Assembly: GCA_965248835.1 (NCBI GenBank)
Contig: CBDFLJ010000001.1
Location: 1,416,820-1,480,819 of the forward strand
Direction of reading: 5' to 3'
Origin: Alphaproteobacteria bacterium
GTDB taxonomy: Bacteria > Pseudomonadota > Alphaproteobacteria > MPNO01
Length of the DNA stretch: 64,000 bases
Numbering within the stretch: the first letter of the stretch is position 1; every line of letters begins with the position of its first letter. This document shows positions 10,223-18,645 of this stretch, piece by piece. The notes under the pieces are model-generated. The model was not told where the DNA came from and did no database searches. It saw only the letters and a list, made by a program, of their open reading frames with translations. A program made the position numbers and the translations under genes.

Positions 10223-12295
10223 GTGTTTCGGTCCGTCGAAGGGCTGTTTCGCCCGCGATCGGTGGCGATCGTCGGGGCTTCGGAGTCCGGCGGCGGCGGA
10301 TGGGCTCGGGCGATTTACGAAAACGCCGCGCAGGCGGGGTTCCCGATCCCGGTCTATCTGATCAATCCGCGGCGCCAATCCTTGTGGTCGCAGCCGGTCT
10401 ACCCGTCGTTTGCGAGCCTTCCCGAACCGGTCGATCTCGCGCTCACGATCATCCCGGCCGAAGGCGTGGTCGACAGCCTGGCCGAGGGCTTGGCCAACGG
10501 GCTGAAGGCGGGGCTGGTCTATGCCGCACGGTTCGGCGAGGGCGGCGACGAGCCGGGCGCGGCGCGGGCGCGCGGCCTGCGCGCGCTGTGCGACCGGGGT
10601 CTGCGGGTCTGCGGCCCCAACTGCATGGGCTCGATCTCGCTGCCCGAGAACCTGCTGTTCTATCCGGCGAGCCGGGTCCGCGGCCTGCCGCGGGGCGGTG
10701 TCGGGGTGATCTTCCAGTCCGGCGGCACCTTCCAGTACTGGCTGCAGCAGGCTGCGGTGCGCGGGCTGGGCTTCTCCTATGCGATCTCCTCGGGCAACGA
10801 GCTCGATCTCGATGTCGCCGACTACCTGTCCTTCATGGTCGAGGATCCCGGGACACGGGTGATCGCCTGCATGCTCGAGGGAATCCGCCGGCCCGAGCCG
10901 TTCAAGGCCGCCGCTGCCAAGGCGCTTGCGGCGGGCAAGCCGGTCGTCGTGGTCAAGGCGGGTGCCAGCGCGGCCGGCCGCCGGGCGGGCGAGAGCCACA
11001 CCGGCGCGATCGCCGGCGACGACGAAATCTTCAACGCAGTCTGCGACCGTTACGGGATCGTTCGCTGCCACGGCCTCGACGACATGATCGAGGCCGCGCT
11101 GATCTTTTCGAAATGCGCGCTTCCCGCGGGCCGGCGCGTGGCGATGGCCGGCTTCTCGGGCGGTGCGAAGGGGCTGTTCCTCGACTACGCGGCGGCGGCC
11201 GGGCTCGCGCTCGCGGAATTCTCGCCAGCGACCAACGCCGCGCTGCAGCCGTTGCTCGATCCTGGGCTCAAGCCGACCAATCCGCTGGACACCGGCGCCG
11301 GGCTCGCCCGCCAGCCCGGGAAGTTCGCCGAGATCTGCCGGCTGATCGCGGCTGATCCCAACGTCGATGTTCTGTCGATGCAGGGGCAGCTCCCGGCCTC
11401 CGAGCATGACGACGCAAACCCGGAGACGTTCTCCCGCGTTGCCGCGGTAGGCACGCCGGTGATCGCCCATGTCCGGATGGGCCAGAATGTCGGCGCGGCC
11501 GGGCGGGCCTTCCAGGAGGAAGCGGGCATCCCGTTCATACAGGGCCTGCCCGAGACGGTGCGCGCGCTGAAGGCGCTGACCTTCTATGCGGCGCGGCGTC
11601 GGCAGGGGCTGCCCGAAGCGGCGGGGCTCGGCCCGATCGACGACGACATCGCCGCCGCGCTTGCGGCCGCCGGATTGCCCGCCCCCAAGGGCGCGCTGGC
11701 CGCCGATCCGGCCGAAGCCGCGCATCACGCGGCCGAGATCGGCTTTCCGGTCGCGCTCAAAATCGTCTCGCCCGCCGCCAGCCACAAGACGGAGATCGGC
11801 GGCGTTGCGCTCGGCCTCGCCGACGGCGAGGCGGTGGTCCGGGCCGCACGGAACATCGCCGCCCGGCTCGAGCAAGCCGCGCCGGGTGCGCCGCTGGACG
11901 GGTTCCTCGTCCAGCAGATGGTCGCCGGGCTGGAGATTCTGGTCGGGGTCCGCGAGGACCCGCAGTTCGGGCCGTTCATCGTTGCCGGGCTCGGCGGCGT
12001 TGCGGTCGAGGTGCTGGGTGATCTCGCCTTCCGGCTGCTGCCGATCGATGAACACGAGGCGCGCGCGATGCTGTCCTCGCTGCGCAGCGCGGCGCTGCTG
12101 GAGGCGTTCCGCGGCCGGCCGGCGCGCGACGTCGATGCCCTGGTCCGCGCGATGGTGGGATTGTCCGAGCTGTTCCTGGCCGCGGATCGGCGGTATTCGG
12201 ACCTCGAGATCAACCCGCTGATGGTGTTGGCGCGCGGCGAGGGCGTGCGCGCGGTCGATATCCGGGCGATCGAACGCGAGAAGCGGCAATCCTGA
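10223..12295 (+). CDS. ADP-forming acyl-CoA synthetase (CoA-binding/succinyl-CoA-synthetase-like N-domain plus ATP-grasp C-domain). FerA-type feruloyl-CoA synthetase candidate.
   Basis: The N-terminus has a CoA-binding Rossmann motif (RSVAIVGASESGG...PVYLINP). The middle has a ligase-CoA domain (CGPNCMG, GVIFQSGG). The C-terminus is an ATP-grasp (ALKIVSPAASHKTEIGGV). This architecture matches ADP-forming ACS/ACD enzymes and Sphingobium FerA (established knowledge). The start is GTG. Confidence 0.75.
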   Translation: MFRSVEGLFRPRSVAIVGASESGGGGWARAIYENAAQAGFPIPVYLINPRRQSLWSQPVYPSFASLPEPVDLALTIIPAEGVVDSLAEGLANGLKAGLVYAARFGEGGDEPGAARARGLRALCDRGLRVCGPNCMGSISLPENLLFYPASRVRGLPRGGVGVIFQSGGTFQYWLQQAAVRGLGFSYAISSGNELDLDVADYLSFMVEDPGTRVIACMLEGIRRPEPFKAAAAKALAAGKPVVVVKAGASAAGRRAGESHTGAIAGDDEIFNAVCDRYGIVRCHGLDDMIEAALIFSKCALPAGRRVAMAGFSGGAKGLFLDYAAAAGLALAEFSPATNAALQPLLDPGLKPTNPLDTGAGLARQPGKFAEICRLIAADPNVDVLSMQGQLPASEHDDANPETFSRVAAVGTPVIAHVRMGQNVGAAGRAFQEEAGIPFIQGLPETVRALKALTFYAARRRQGLPEAAGLGPIDDDIAAALAAAGLPAPKGALAADPAEAAHHAAEIGFPVALKIVSPAASHKTEIGGVALGLADGEAVVRAARNIAARLEQAAPGAPLDGFLVQQMVAGLEILVGVREDPQFGPFIVAGLGGVAVEVLGDLAFRLLPIDEHEARAMLSSLRSAALLEAFRGRPARDVDALVRAMVGLSELFLAADRRYSDLEINPLMVLARGEGVRAVDIRAIEREKRQS

Positions 12296-12307
12296 AGGAG
12301 GCGGTTC

Positions 12308-13501
12308 ATGGAAGGTGGGATCGACGGGTCTGGCATGGGCGCGATGAATTTCGATTTGCCCGATGAGCTGCGCATGCTCAAGGAGACGGTGCGCAAGTTC
12401 GTCGACCGCGAACTGATCCCGATCGAGCGCGAGACCTGCGTCGGCAACAAGGTCAAGCCGGAGATCCGCACCGCGCTGGAGCAAAAGGCGAAGGAACTGG
12501 GGCTGTGGCTCTATGACGTGCCCGAGGCGTATGGCGGGATCGGGCTCGGCCTGCTCGCCCGCGTTGTGGTGTGGTCCGAGCTCGGCCGGACCATCGCGCT
12601 GCCGACGCGCAATGCCAGCATCTTCGGGCCCAGCGTGAGCCCGATCCTCTATTTCCTCAACGACGAGCAGAAGGAACGCTACCTCAAGCCGGTGATCGCC
12701 GGCGAGCGCAAGGCCTGCTTCGCCCAGACCGAGCCCGATGCCGGCGGCGACCCCGGCGCCATGCGCTCGACCGCGGTCAGGGACGGCGACCACTACGTGA
12801 TCAACGGCATGAAGCGGTTCATCACCGGCGCGGACGAGGCCGACTTCGCCCAGGTGTTCGCCGCGACCGACCGGTCCAAGGGCTCGCGCGGCGGGATCTC
12901 GGGCTTCCTGGTCGACATGGACACCCCGGGGGTGAAGCTGCTGCGCCCCCAGGAGACGATGATGGACGACCGGCCGTGGGAGATTGCCTTCGAGGATGTC
13001 AGGGTGCCGGCGGAAAACCGCATCGGCGAGGAGGGCGAGGGCTTCAAGTTCGCCCAGAACTGGATCAGCGCCGGGCGTATCCGCCACGGCGCGCGCGGCA
13101 TCGGCGTGATGGAGCGCTGCCTGGAGCTCGGCGCGCGCTATGCCATGCAGCGGGTGACCTTCGGCCAGCCCCTGGCCGAGCGTCAGTCGGTCCAATGGAT
13201 GCTGGTCGACACCTATGCCGAGCTCCATCAGCTCCGCCTGATGGTGCACAATGCCGCCTGGAAGGCCGACCGCGACGAGGATGTCCGCTACGAGGCGTAT
13301 ATGTGCAAATATATCGGCGACACCAAGTCCTTCGAGGCGGCCGACCGCTGCATGCAGATCCACGGCGGCATCGGGCTGACCACCGATTTGCCGATCGAGC
13401 GGTTCTGGCGCGACCAGCGCAGCTTCGTTATCACCGAAGGGCCGACCGAGATCCTGAAAATGGCCCTGGCCCGCCGCGTCCTGCGGGAGTATGGCGGTTG
13501 A
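12308..13501 (+). CDS. acyl-CoA dehydrogenase
   Basis: ACAD N-terminal, middle and C-terminal domains are present (CFAQTEPDAGGDPG, catalytic region YIGDTKSFEAADRCMQIHGGIG...). The start could be ATG 12308, 12335 or 12344. Confidence 0.85.
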   Translation: MEGGIDGSGMGAMNFDLPDELRMLKETVRKFVDRELIPIERETCVGNKVKPEIRTALEQKAKELGLWLYDVPEAYGGIGLGLLARVVVWSELGRTIALPTRNASIFGPSVSPILYFLNDEQKERYLKPVIAGERKACFAQTEPDAGGDPGAMRSTAVRDGDHYVINGMKRFITGADEADFAQVFAATDRSKGSRGGISGFLVDMDTPGVKLLRPQETMMDDRPWEIAFEDVRVPAENRIGEEGEGFKFAQNWISAGRIRHGARGIGVMERCLELGARYAMQRVTFGQPLAERQSVQWMLVDTYAELHQLRLMVHNAAWKADRDEDVRYEAYMCKYIGDTKSFEAADRCMQIHGGIGLTTDLPIERFWRDQRSFVITEGPTEILKMALARRVLREYGG

Positions 13502-13567
13502 TCTGACCCGCCTTTGGGCTAAGCTTTCACCAGCGGCGGGTTTGCCGAAGAGCACACGGGGGGCCAG

Positions 13568-14413
13568 ATGTCCGACTACATCTACGAATGCGTGAAGGTC
13601 GAGATTCGCGACGGCATCGCCTGGGCGATCATGAACCGCCCGGAGAAACGCAACGCGATGAGCCCCCAGCTCCATTACGACATGGACGACGCGCTCGAGC
13701 GGCTGGAAGTCGATCCCGACGTAAAGGTCGTCATCGTCACCGGCGCCGGCGGCAATTTCAGCGCCGGACAGGACCTGAAGAAGTTCTTCCGCGAGCTGGA
13801 GAACGATCCCTACGAGCGCAAGAAGGCGCAAAGACACGCCAATAGCTGGCGCTGGCAGCGGCTGTACAACTACGACAAGCCGACGATCGCGATGATCCAC
13901 GGCTACTGCGTGGGCGGGGCGTTCATGCAGCTCCTTGGGACCGACTTCGCGATCGCGGCGAAGGAGGCGACGTTCTCGCTGTCGGAGGTCAACTGGGGCA
14001 TCCTGCCCGGCGCGCTGGTCTCCAAGGTCGTCTCCGATGCCGTCCTGCCGCGCCACGCGCTCTACTACTGCTGCCTCGGCGAGCCGTTCGACGGCGACGA
14101 GGCGGCCCGGATCGGCATGGTGAACTATGCCGTGCCGCTGGCCGATCTGGAGGCCGAGACGATCAAGCTTGCCGAAAAGCTGATGGCCAAGAGTCCGGCG
14201 GTGCTGCGCGCGACCAAGCAGGCGGTCCGCAAGGTCCGGACGATGGACTTCGATCAGGCCTACGACTACCTGGCCGAGAAGGGCAAGGCGATCAAGATCG
14301 GCGATGCCGAGGATTCCTACAACACCGGCATGCGCCAGTTCCTGGACGAGAAGAGCTACAAGCCGACCTTCGAACCGTTCAAGCTGGGCACGCTGCTCTC
14401 CGACCAGCGTTAG
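13568..14413 (+). CDS. crotonase-fold enoyl-CoA hydratase/lyase, HCHL-type (4-hydroxycinnamoyl/feruloyl-CoA hydratase-lyase-like)
   Basis: The sequence has unusually close motif-level similarity to Pseudomonas HCHL along its whole length (VKVEIRDGIAWAIMNRPEKRNAMSP...TGAGGNFSAGQDLKKFFRE...KPTIAMIHGYCVGGAF...FSLSEVNWGILPG...YYCCLGEPFDG). Confidence 0.8.
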   Translation: MSDYIYECVKVEIRDGIAWAIMNRPEKRNAMSPQLHYDMDDALERLEVDPDVKVVIVTGAGGNFSAGQDLKKFFRELENDPYERKKAQRHANSWRWQRLYNYDKPTIAMIHGYCVGGAFMQLLGTDFAIAAKEATFSLSEVNWGILPGALVSKVVSDAVLPRHALYYCCLGEPFDGDEAARIGMVNYAVPLADLEAETIKLAEKLMAKSPAVLRATKQAVRKVRTMDFDQAYDYLAEKGKAIKIGDAEDSYNTGMRQFLDEKSYKPTFEPFKLGTLLSDQR

Positions 14414-14468
14414 GCCGGGCCGGAGCGGCCAACCGAGGGTCATCGCCACCTATGACGGGAGGATCACC

Positions 14469-15530
14469 ATGAAGAAGCTGCTGTTTGCCGCATTTGCCGG
14501 CGTGCTCGCCACCGTCGGTGGGCAGGCCGACGCCCAGTTCTACAAGGGCAAGCGGATCACCGTTTTGATCAACTACTCCGCCGGCGGTCCGACCGACATC
14601 GAGGGACGACTGGTCGCCAAGCATTTTGGCAAGCACATTCCCGGCAACCCGCGGATCATCGTCAAGAACATCGCCGGCGCCGGCGGCATCATCGGCTCCA
14701 ACTTCATGGGCGAGGTTGCCAGGCCGGACGGGCGGACGGTCGCGATCTTTACCCCGCCGGTAATCTCTCAGCTGCTTGAAGATCCCGGCCTGCGGGTGGA
14801 TTTTTCCAACTTCATCTGGCTTGCCGGCATCGGCCATCCCCAGGTCTGCTACGTGCGCAAGGATGTCGGCACCGGCGTCTCCATGGTCGCTGACCTGCTG
14901 AACCAGAAGGGCTTCAAGGCTGCGGGCATGCGCACCACCTCCTCGCACGACATCCGGCTCAGGATGGCGCTCGACCTGCTTGGGGCGGACTACAGGTATG
15001 TCACCGGCTATCGCGGCCTCGCCAAGGTCGTCGCCTCGGTGATGCAGAACGAAACGCAGTTCTCCTGCGGCTCGGTGCCGGGCTTCCGCAAGAACGTCGA
15101 GCCCAACCTGATAAAGCCGGGCCTTGCGCTCGCGCTGTGGTACTACTCCGCGGTCGATGCCATGGGCAAACAGGTGCGCAACCCGCAACTGAAGGGCATC
15201 CCGACCTATATCGACGTCTACCGGCAACTCAAGGGCAAGGCCCCCTCGGGTACCAAGTACGAGGCCTTCCAGCTGATCAACAACCTCTCGGTCAGCATGC
15301 TGCGCGGCTCGTTCGTGCCGGCCGGCACGCCCGATGCGGCGGTCAAGGATCTGCGCGCGGCGTGGGAGGCGCTGGCCAACGACAAGGACTTTGCCGCCGA
15401 TTACATCAAGGTCATCAAGGCGCCGCCGAACCTGATCCAGGCCGCCGCCGCCCAGGCCCACATCAAAGCCGCCGGTCAGGTCGCGCCCGAGGTCGTCGCC
15501 TTTATCAAGGACTTCGTCGGCATCAAGTAG
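14469..15530 (+). CDS. tctC: tripartite tricarboxylate transporter (TTT) periplasmic substrate-binding protein, TctC/Bug family
   Basis: The internal ATG gives MKKLLFAAFAGVLATVGGQADA, a signal peptide, followed by a Bug-family fold. The sequence upstream of this ATG overlaps the ech 3' end out of frame. Confidence 0.85.
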   Translation: MKKLLFAAFAGVLATVGGQADAQFYKGKRITVLINYSAGGPTDIEGRLVAKHFGKHIPGNPRIIVKNIAGAGGIIGSNFMGEVARPDGRTVAIFTPPVISQLLEDPGLRVDFSNFIWLAGIGHPQVCYVRKDVGTGVSMVADLLNQKGFKAAGMRTTSSHDIRLRMALDLLGADYRYVTGYRGLAKVVASVMQNETQFSCGSVPGFRKNVEPNLIKPGLALALWYYSAVDAMGKQVRNPQLKGIPTYIDVYRQLKGKAPSGTKYEAFQLINNLSVSMLRGSFVPAGTPDAAVKDLRAAWEALANDKDFAADYIKVIKAPPNLIQAAAAQAHIKAAGQVAPEVVAFIKDFVGIK

Positions 15531-15607
15531 CCGCGCCGACAGCGTCCGACGGATAGGAGTGCCCGGGCGGCAGGCAGCCGCCCGGGCGTTTCGTCGGGGA
15601 TCCGGGG

Positions 15608-17563
15608 ATGTTCGATGCCGCGCTGGCCGGTCTGGTCTCGGTGCTCGCCTGGCCGGCGATCGGCTATCTGTTCCTCGGGGTCTTCATCGGGCTTTATTTC
15701 GGCGCCGTGCCCGGCCTGTCGGGGCTGGTCGGCATGGCGATCCTGCTGCCGTTCACCTTCTCGATGGACCCGGTGCCGGCGCTCGCCTTCCTGCTCGGAA
15801 TGTTCGCGGTCACCACGACCAGCGACACCATCGCCTCGGTTTTGCTCGGCATTCCCGGGACCGCGGCCTCCCAGGCCACCATCCTCGACGGCTATCCGAT
15901 GGCGATGAAGGGCGAAGCCTCGCGCGCCTTCGGGGCCGCCTTCACGGTCTCCGCCGTCGGCGGGCTCCTGGGCGCGCTTGTCCTCGGCGTTTCGATTCCG
16001 ATCGTCAAGCCGCTGATCCTGTCCTTCACCCAGGCGGAGTTCTTCATGCTGGGCCTGCTCGGGCTCGCCATGGTGGGCTCGCTCAGCGGCGATTCGATGC
16101 TGCGCGGGCTCACCGCGGCATTGATCGGGCTGTCGCTCAGCTTCATCGGCTATGCCGAGAACGGCGCGGTGCCGCGCTACTGGCTGGGCGCGACCTACCT
16201 GCTCGAGGGGTTGCCGCTGATCCCGGTCGTGCTCGGGCTGTTCGCGCTGCCCGAGGTGATCGACCTGGCCATCCGCGACACCTCGATCTCGCGGGTGCCG
16301 CAGGACAAGGTCGCCGGCGGCATGCTGACCGGCATCGGCGACGCCGCCCGCAACTGGTGGCTGGTGCTGCGCTCGACCGCGATCGGGGCCTATGTCGGGA
16401 TGCTGCCGGGCCTCGGCGGCTCGATCGTCGACTGGGTGGCCTACGGCCATGTGGTGCAGAGCAGCAAGGACAAGGACGGGTTCGGCAAGGGCGATGTGCG
16501 CGGGGTGATCGCGCCGGAGACCGCCAACAACGCCATGAAGGGCGGCGCGCTGATCCCGACCGTCGCCTTCGGCATCCCGGGCAGCGCCTCGATGGCGATC
16601 CTCCTGGGCGCGCTGCTGATCCAGGGCATGACCCCGGGTCCGGAGATGCTGACGGTCAAGCTCGACGTCACCTTCGCGATGATGTGGACGCTGGCGATCG
16701 CCAACGTCGCCGGCGCGATCCTGCTGATGCTGCTCGCCAAGCAGGTCGCCAAGGTGAGCTTCATCCGCGGCACTCTGATCGTGCCGGCGGTGACGGTCTT
16801 CGTCTTCATGGGCGCGTGGCTTGCCAACAGCAACCTGGGTGACTGGGTGACGCTGATGATCTTCGGCGTCTTCGGCTACCTGATGAAGCAGGGCGGCGTG
16901 CCGCGCCCGCCGATGGTGCTCGGCTTGGTGATCGGCCCGATCATGGAGAACGCGCTGTTCATCACCAATTCGGCCCATGACGGGCTCGACTGGCTGGGCC
17001 GGCCGATCTGCCTGGTGATCGCGGTGCTGATCGCGCTCACCATCGCCTTCGCCGTCCGCCGCACGGTGACCGCGCGCGCGGGCGGGACCAGGATTTCGGC
17101 CGACCTCGGCCGCGCCGACCCGGTGCTGGCGGTCGCAGCCATCGCGGTCTGCTTTGCCGTGTTCGCCTATGCTGTGGTCCCGACCTTCTCCTGGCCGGCG
17201 GACGTCGGCCGGATCCCGATGGTCACCGTAATTCCGGGCATCGCGCTGTCCGTTGCGGCACTGGTCGTTGCGGTGCGCGAGCTCGTCAGGGTTTGCGCCT
17301 CGGGCGGCGATGCCTTCCCGGTCCGGGGCGAGCTCGGCGCTGCCGGCCGCTTCTTCCTCTGGTGGATCGGCGTCTTCGCCGTCACGCTGCTGGCCGGCCA
17401 GCTCGTCGCCCTGCCGGCCTTCGTCTTCCTGTTCATGCTCTTCTGGGGCCGGTTTTCCTGGTGGAACGCCGGACTCTACGCCGCGGCGACCTGGCTGTTC
17501 CTCTATGTGATGTTCGACCAGGTCGTCGCGGTGCTCTGGTACCCCTCGGTGCTGTTCTACTGA
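15608..17563 (+). CDS. tctA: TctA-family permease with an extra C-terminal ~150-aa 4-5-TM module (TctB-like) fused
   Basis: The protein is 651 aa, whereas TctA is typically ~500 aa. The TctA core ends around residue 500. After it come additional hydrophobic helices (ICLVIAVLIALTIAF, VLAVAAIAVCFAVFAYAVV, FFLWWIGVFAVTLLAG, ATWLFLYVMF). Confidence 0.8.
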   Translation: MFDAALAGLVSVLAWPAIGYLFLGVFIGLYFGAVPGLSGLVGMAILLPFTFSMDPVPALAFLLGMFAVTTTSDTIASVLLGIPGTAASQATILDGYPMAMKGEASRAFGAAFTVSAVGGLLGALVLGVSIPIVKPLILSFTQAEFFMLGLLGLAMVGSLSGDSMLRGLTAALIGLSLSFIGYAENGAVPRYWLGATYLLEGLPLIPVVLGLFALPEVIDLAIRDTSISRVPQDKVAGGMLTGIGDAARNWWLVLRSTAIGAYVGMLPGLGGSIVDWVAYGHVVQSSKDKDGFGKGDVRGVIAPETANNAMKGGALIPTVAFGIPGSASMAILLGALLIQGMTPGPEMLTVKLDVTFAMMWTLAIANVAGAILLMLLAKQVAKVSFIRGTLIVPAVTVFVFMGAWLANSNLGDWVTLMIFGVFGYLMKQGGVPRPPMVLGLVIGPIMENALFITNSAHDGLDWLGRPICLVIAVLIALTIAFAVRRTVTARAGGTRISADLGRADPVLAVAAIAVCFAVFAYAVVPTFSWPADVGRIPMVTVIPGIALSVAALVVAVRELVRVCASGGDAFPVRGELGAAGRFFLWWIGVFAVTLLAGQLVALPAFVFLFMLFWGRFSWWNAGLYAAATWLFLYVMFDQVVAVLWYPSVLFY

Positions 17564-18645
17564 GACCGGCCGCGGGCGGCGATCTCCCAGATGTCCTCGA
17601 CCTCGTCGTCGCGGGTGATGATGAAGCGGTCGTGCAGGTTGACCGTGGTATCGCAGTGGCTCGGCATCAGCACCACCTTGTCGCCGACCGCCAGCGGCGA
17701 GTCGCCCGGAAAGCTCAGCTCGCCGTGCTCGTCGCCGGCGAACCGGAACACCGCCTCGGGATGATTGATCGCCATCGGCGGACCGCCGTCGCCGCTGATC
17801 GCCTTCCAGCCCGAATCCAGGATAACCCGGTTCGGGGCCGGCCGGCTGATGACCCCGGCATAGACGCTCAGTGAACTCTCGAACGGCGGGGCCGGCGCGT
17901 CCTGCCATTCGATCGCGCTGTAGTTCGTGTCCATGAAGATGTAGCTGCCAGGCTGGAGCTCGGTCAGCCCGCCGAGCGCGATGTCGATCACCGAGGTGCC
18001 GGTGCCGCCGCCGGTCAGGACCGCGATCTCGATTCCGGCCTTGCGCACCAGGTCCGCGCTCCGGTTCAGCAGGTCGAGCGCCTTCTCGACCGCGCTGCGC
18101 CGCTCGGCGAGGCTCGCCCGCATCTGGACCGCGCCCTGATAGCCCTGCAGGCCCTTGAAGGTGAGCCACGGATTTCCGTCGATCAGGACGGCGAGCTCGG
18201 CCGCGCGCGGGCCCGGCGGAACGCCGCAGCGGCCCTGGCCGACATCGACCTCGACCAGAACGTCGAGCCGGAGCCCCGCGGTCTGGGCGCCGGCGGCGAG
18301 ATCGGCGATGTTGTCCGCATCATCGACGACCACCGCGATACGGGACTTTTGCGCCGCGTTGACCAGCCGCATCACCTTGGACCGGCCGATGACCCCGGTG
18401 GTGATCAATATGTCCTCGATGCCGGCCTCGGCCATCACCTCGGCCTCGCCGAGCTTGGCGCAGCACACGCCGACGGCGCCGGCCTCGATCTGAAGCTTCG
18501 CGACATGCGGCGACTTGTGAGCCTTGGCGTGCGGCCGGTAGGCGATCCCGGCCTCGGCGGCGAGCGCGGACATGCGCGCGATATTGCGCTCGAACGACGC
18601 GGCGTCGACCATCAGGACGGGGGTGTCGAGCTCTTCGATCTTCAT
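17557..18645 (-). CDS. DSD1-family PLP-dependent enzyme (alanine-racemase-like N-domain; D-serine deaminase / D-threo-3-hydroxyaspartate dehydratase / D-threonine aldolase family)
   Basis: Starting at the internal ATG gives MKIEELDTPVLMVD...RPHAKAHKSPHVAKLQ, with the PLP-Lys in the AKAHK motif. The C-terminal domain carries His/Cys metal ligands (MPSHCDTTVN). The start overlaps the upstream gene's stop by 4 nt. Confidence 0.7.
   Translation of the reverse strand: MKIEELDTPVLMVDAASFERNIARMSALAAEAGIAYRPHAKAHKSPHVAKLQIEAGAVGVCCAKLGEAEVMAEAGIEDILITTGVIGRSKVMRLVNAAQKSRIAVVVDDADNIADLAAGAQTAGLRLDVLVEVDVGQGRCGVPPGPRAAELAVLIDGNPWLTFKGLQGYQGAVQMRASLAERRSAVEKALDLLNRSADLVRKAGIEIAVLTGGGTGTSVIDIALGGLTELQPGSYIFMDTNYSAIEWQDAPAPPFESSLSVYAGVISRPAPNRVILDSGWKAISGDGGPPMAINHPEAVFRFAGDEHGELSFPGDSPLAVGDKVVLMPSHCDTTVNLHDRFIITRDDEVEDIWEIAARGRSQ

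Noticed and set aside
11586-12221. Arg/Pro/Ser-rich 211-aa plus-strand ORF inside the synthetase gene, and similar overlapping short ORFs throughout
   Set aside because: These are out-of-frame overlaps with well-supported genes. Their composition is typical of alternate frames in 68% GC DNA.
10088-14449. 1453-aa minus-strand ORF spanning the synthetase-ACAD-hydratase region
   Set aside because: Its translation is Arg/Gly/Pro/Ala-rich low-complexity text typical of antisense frames in high-GC DNA. It lies entirely antisense to three plus-strand genes with clear family motifs.
15476-18169. 897-aa minus-strand ORF antisense to tctA
   Set aside because: The translation is Gly/Arg/Asp/His-rich with no domain, which makes it a GC-driven artefact. 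tctA on the plus strand is well supported.
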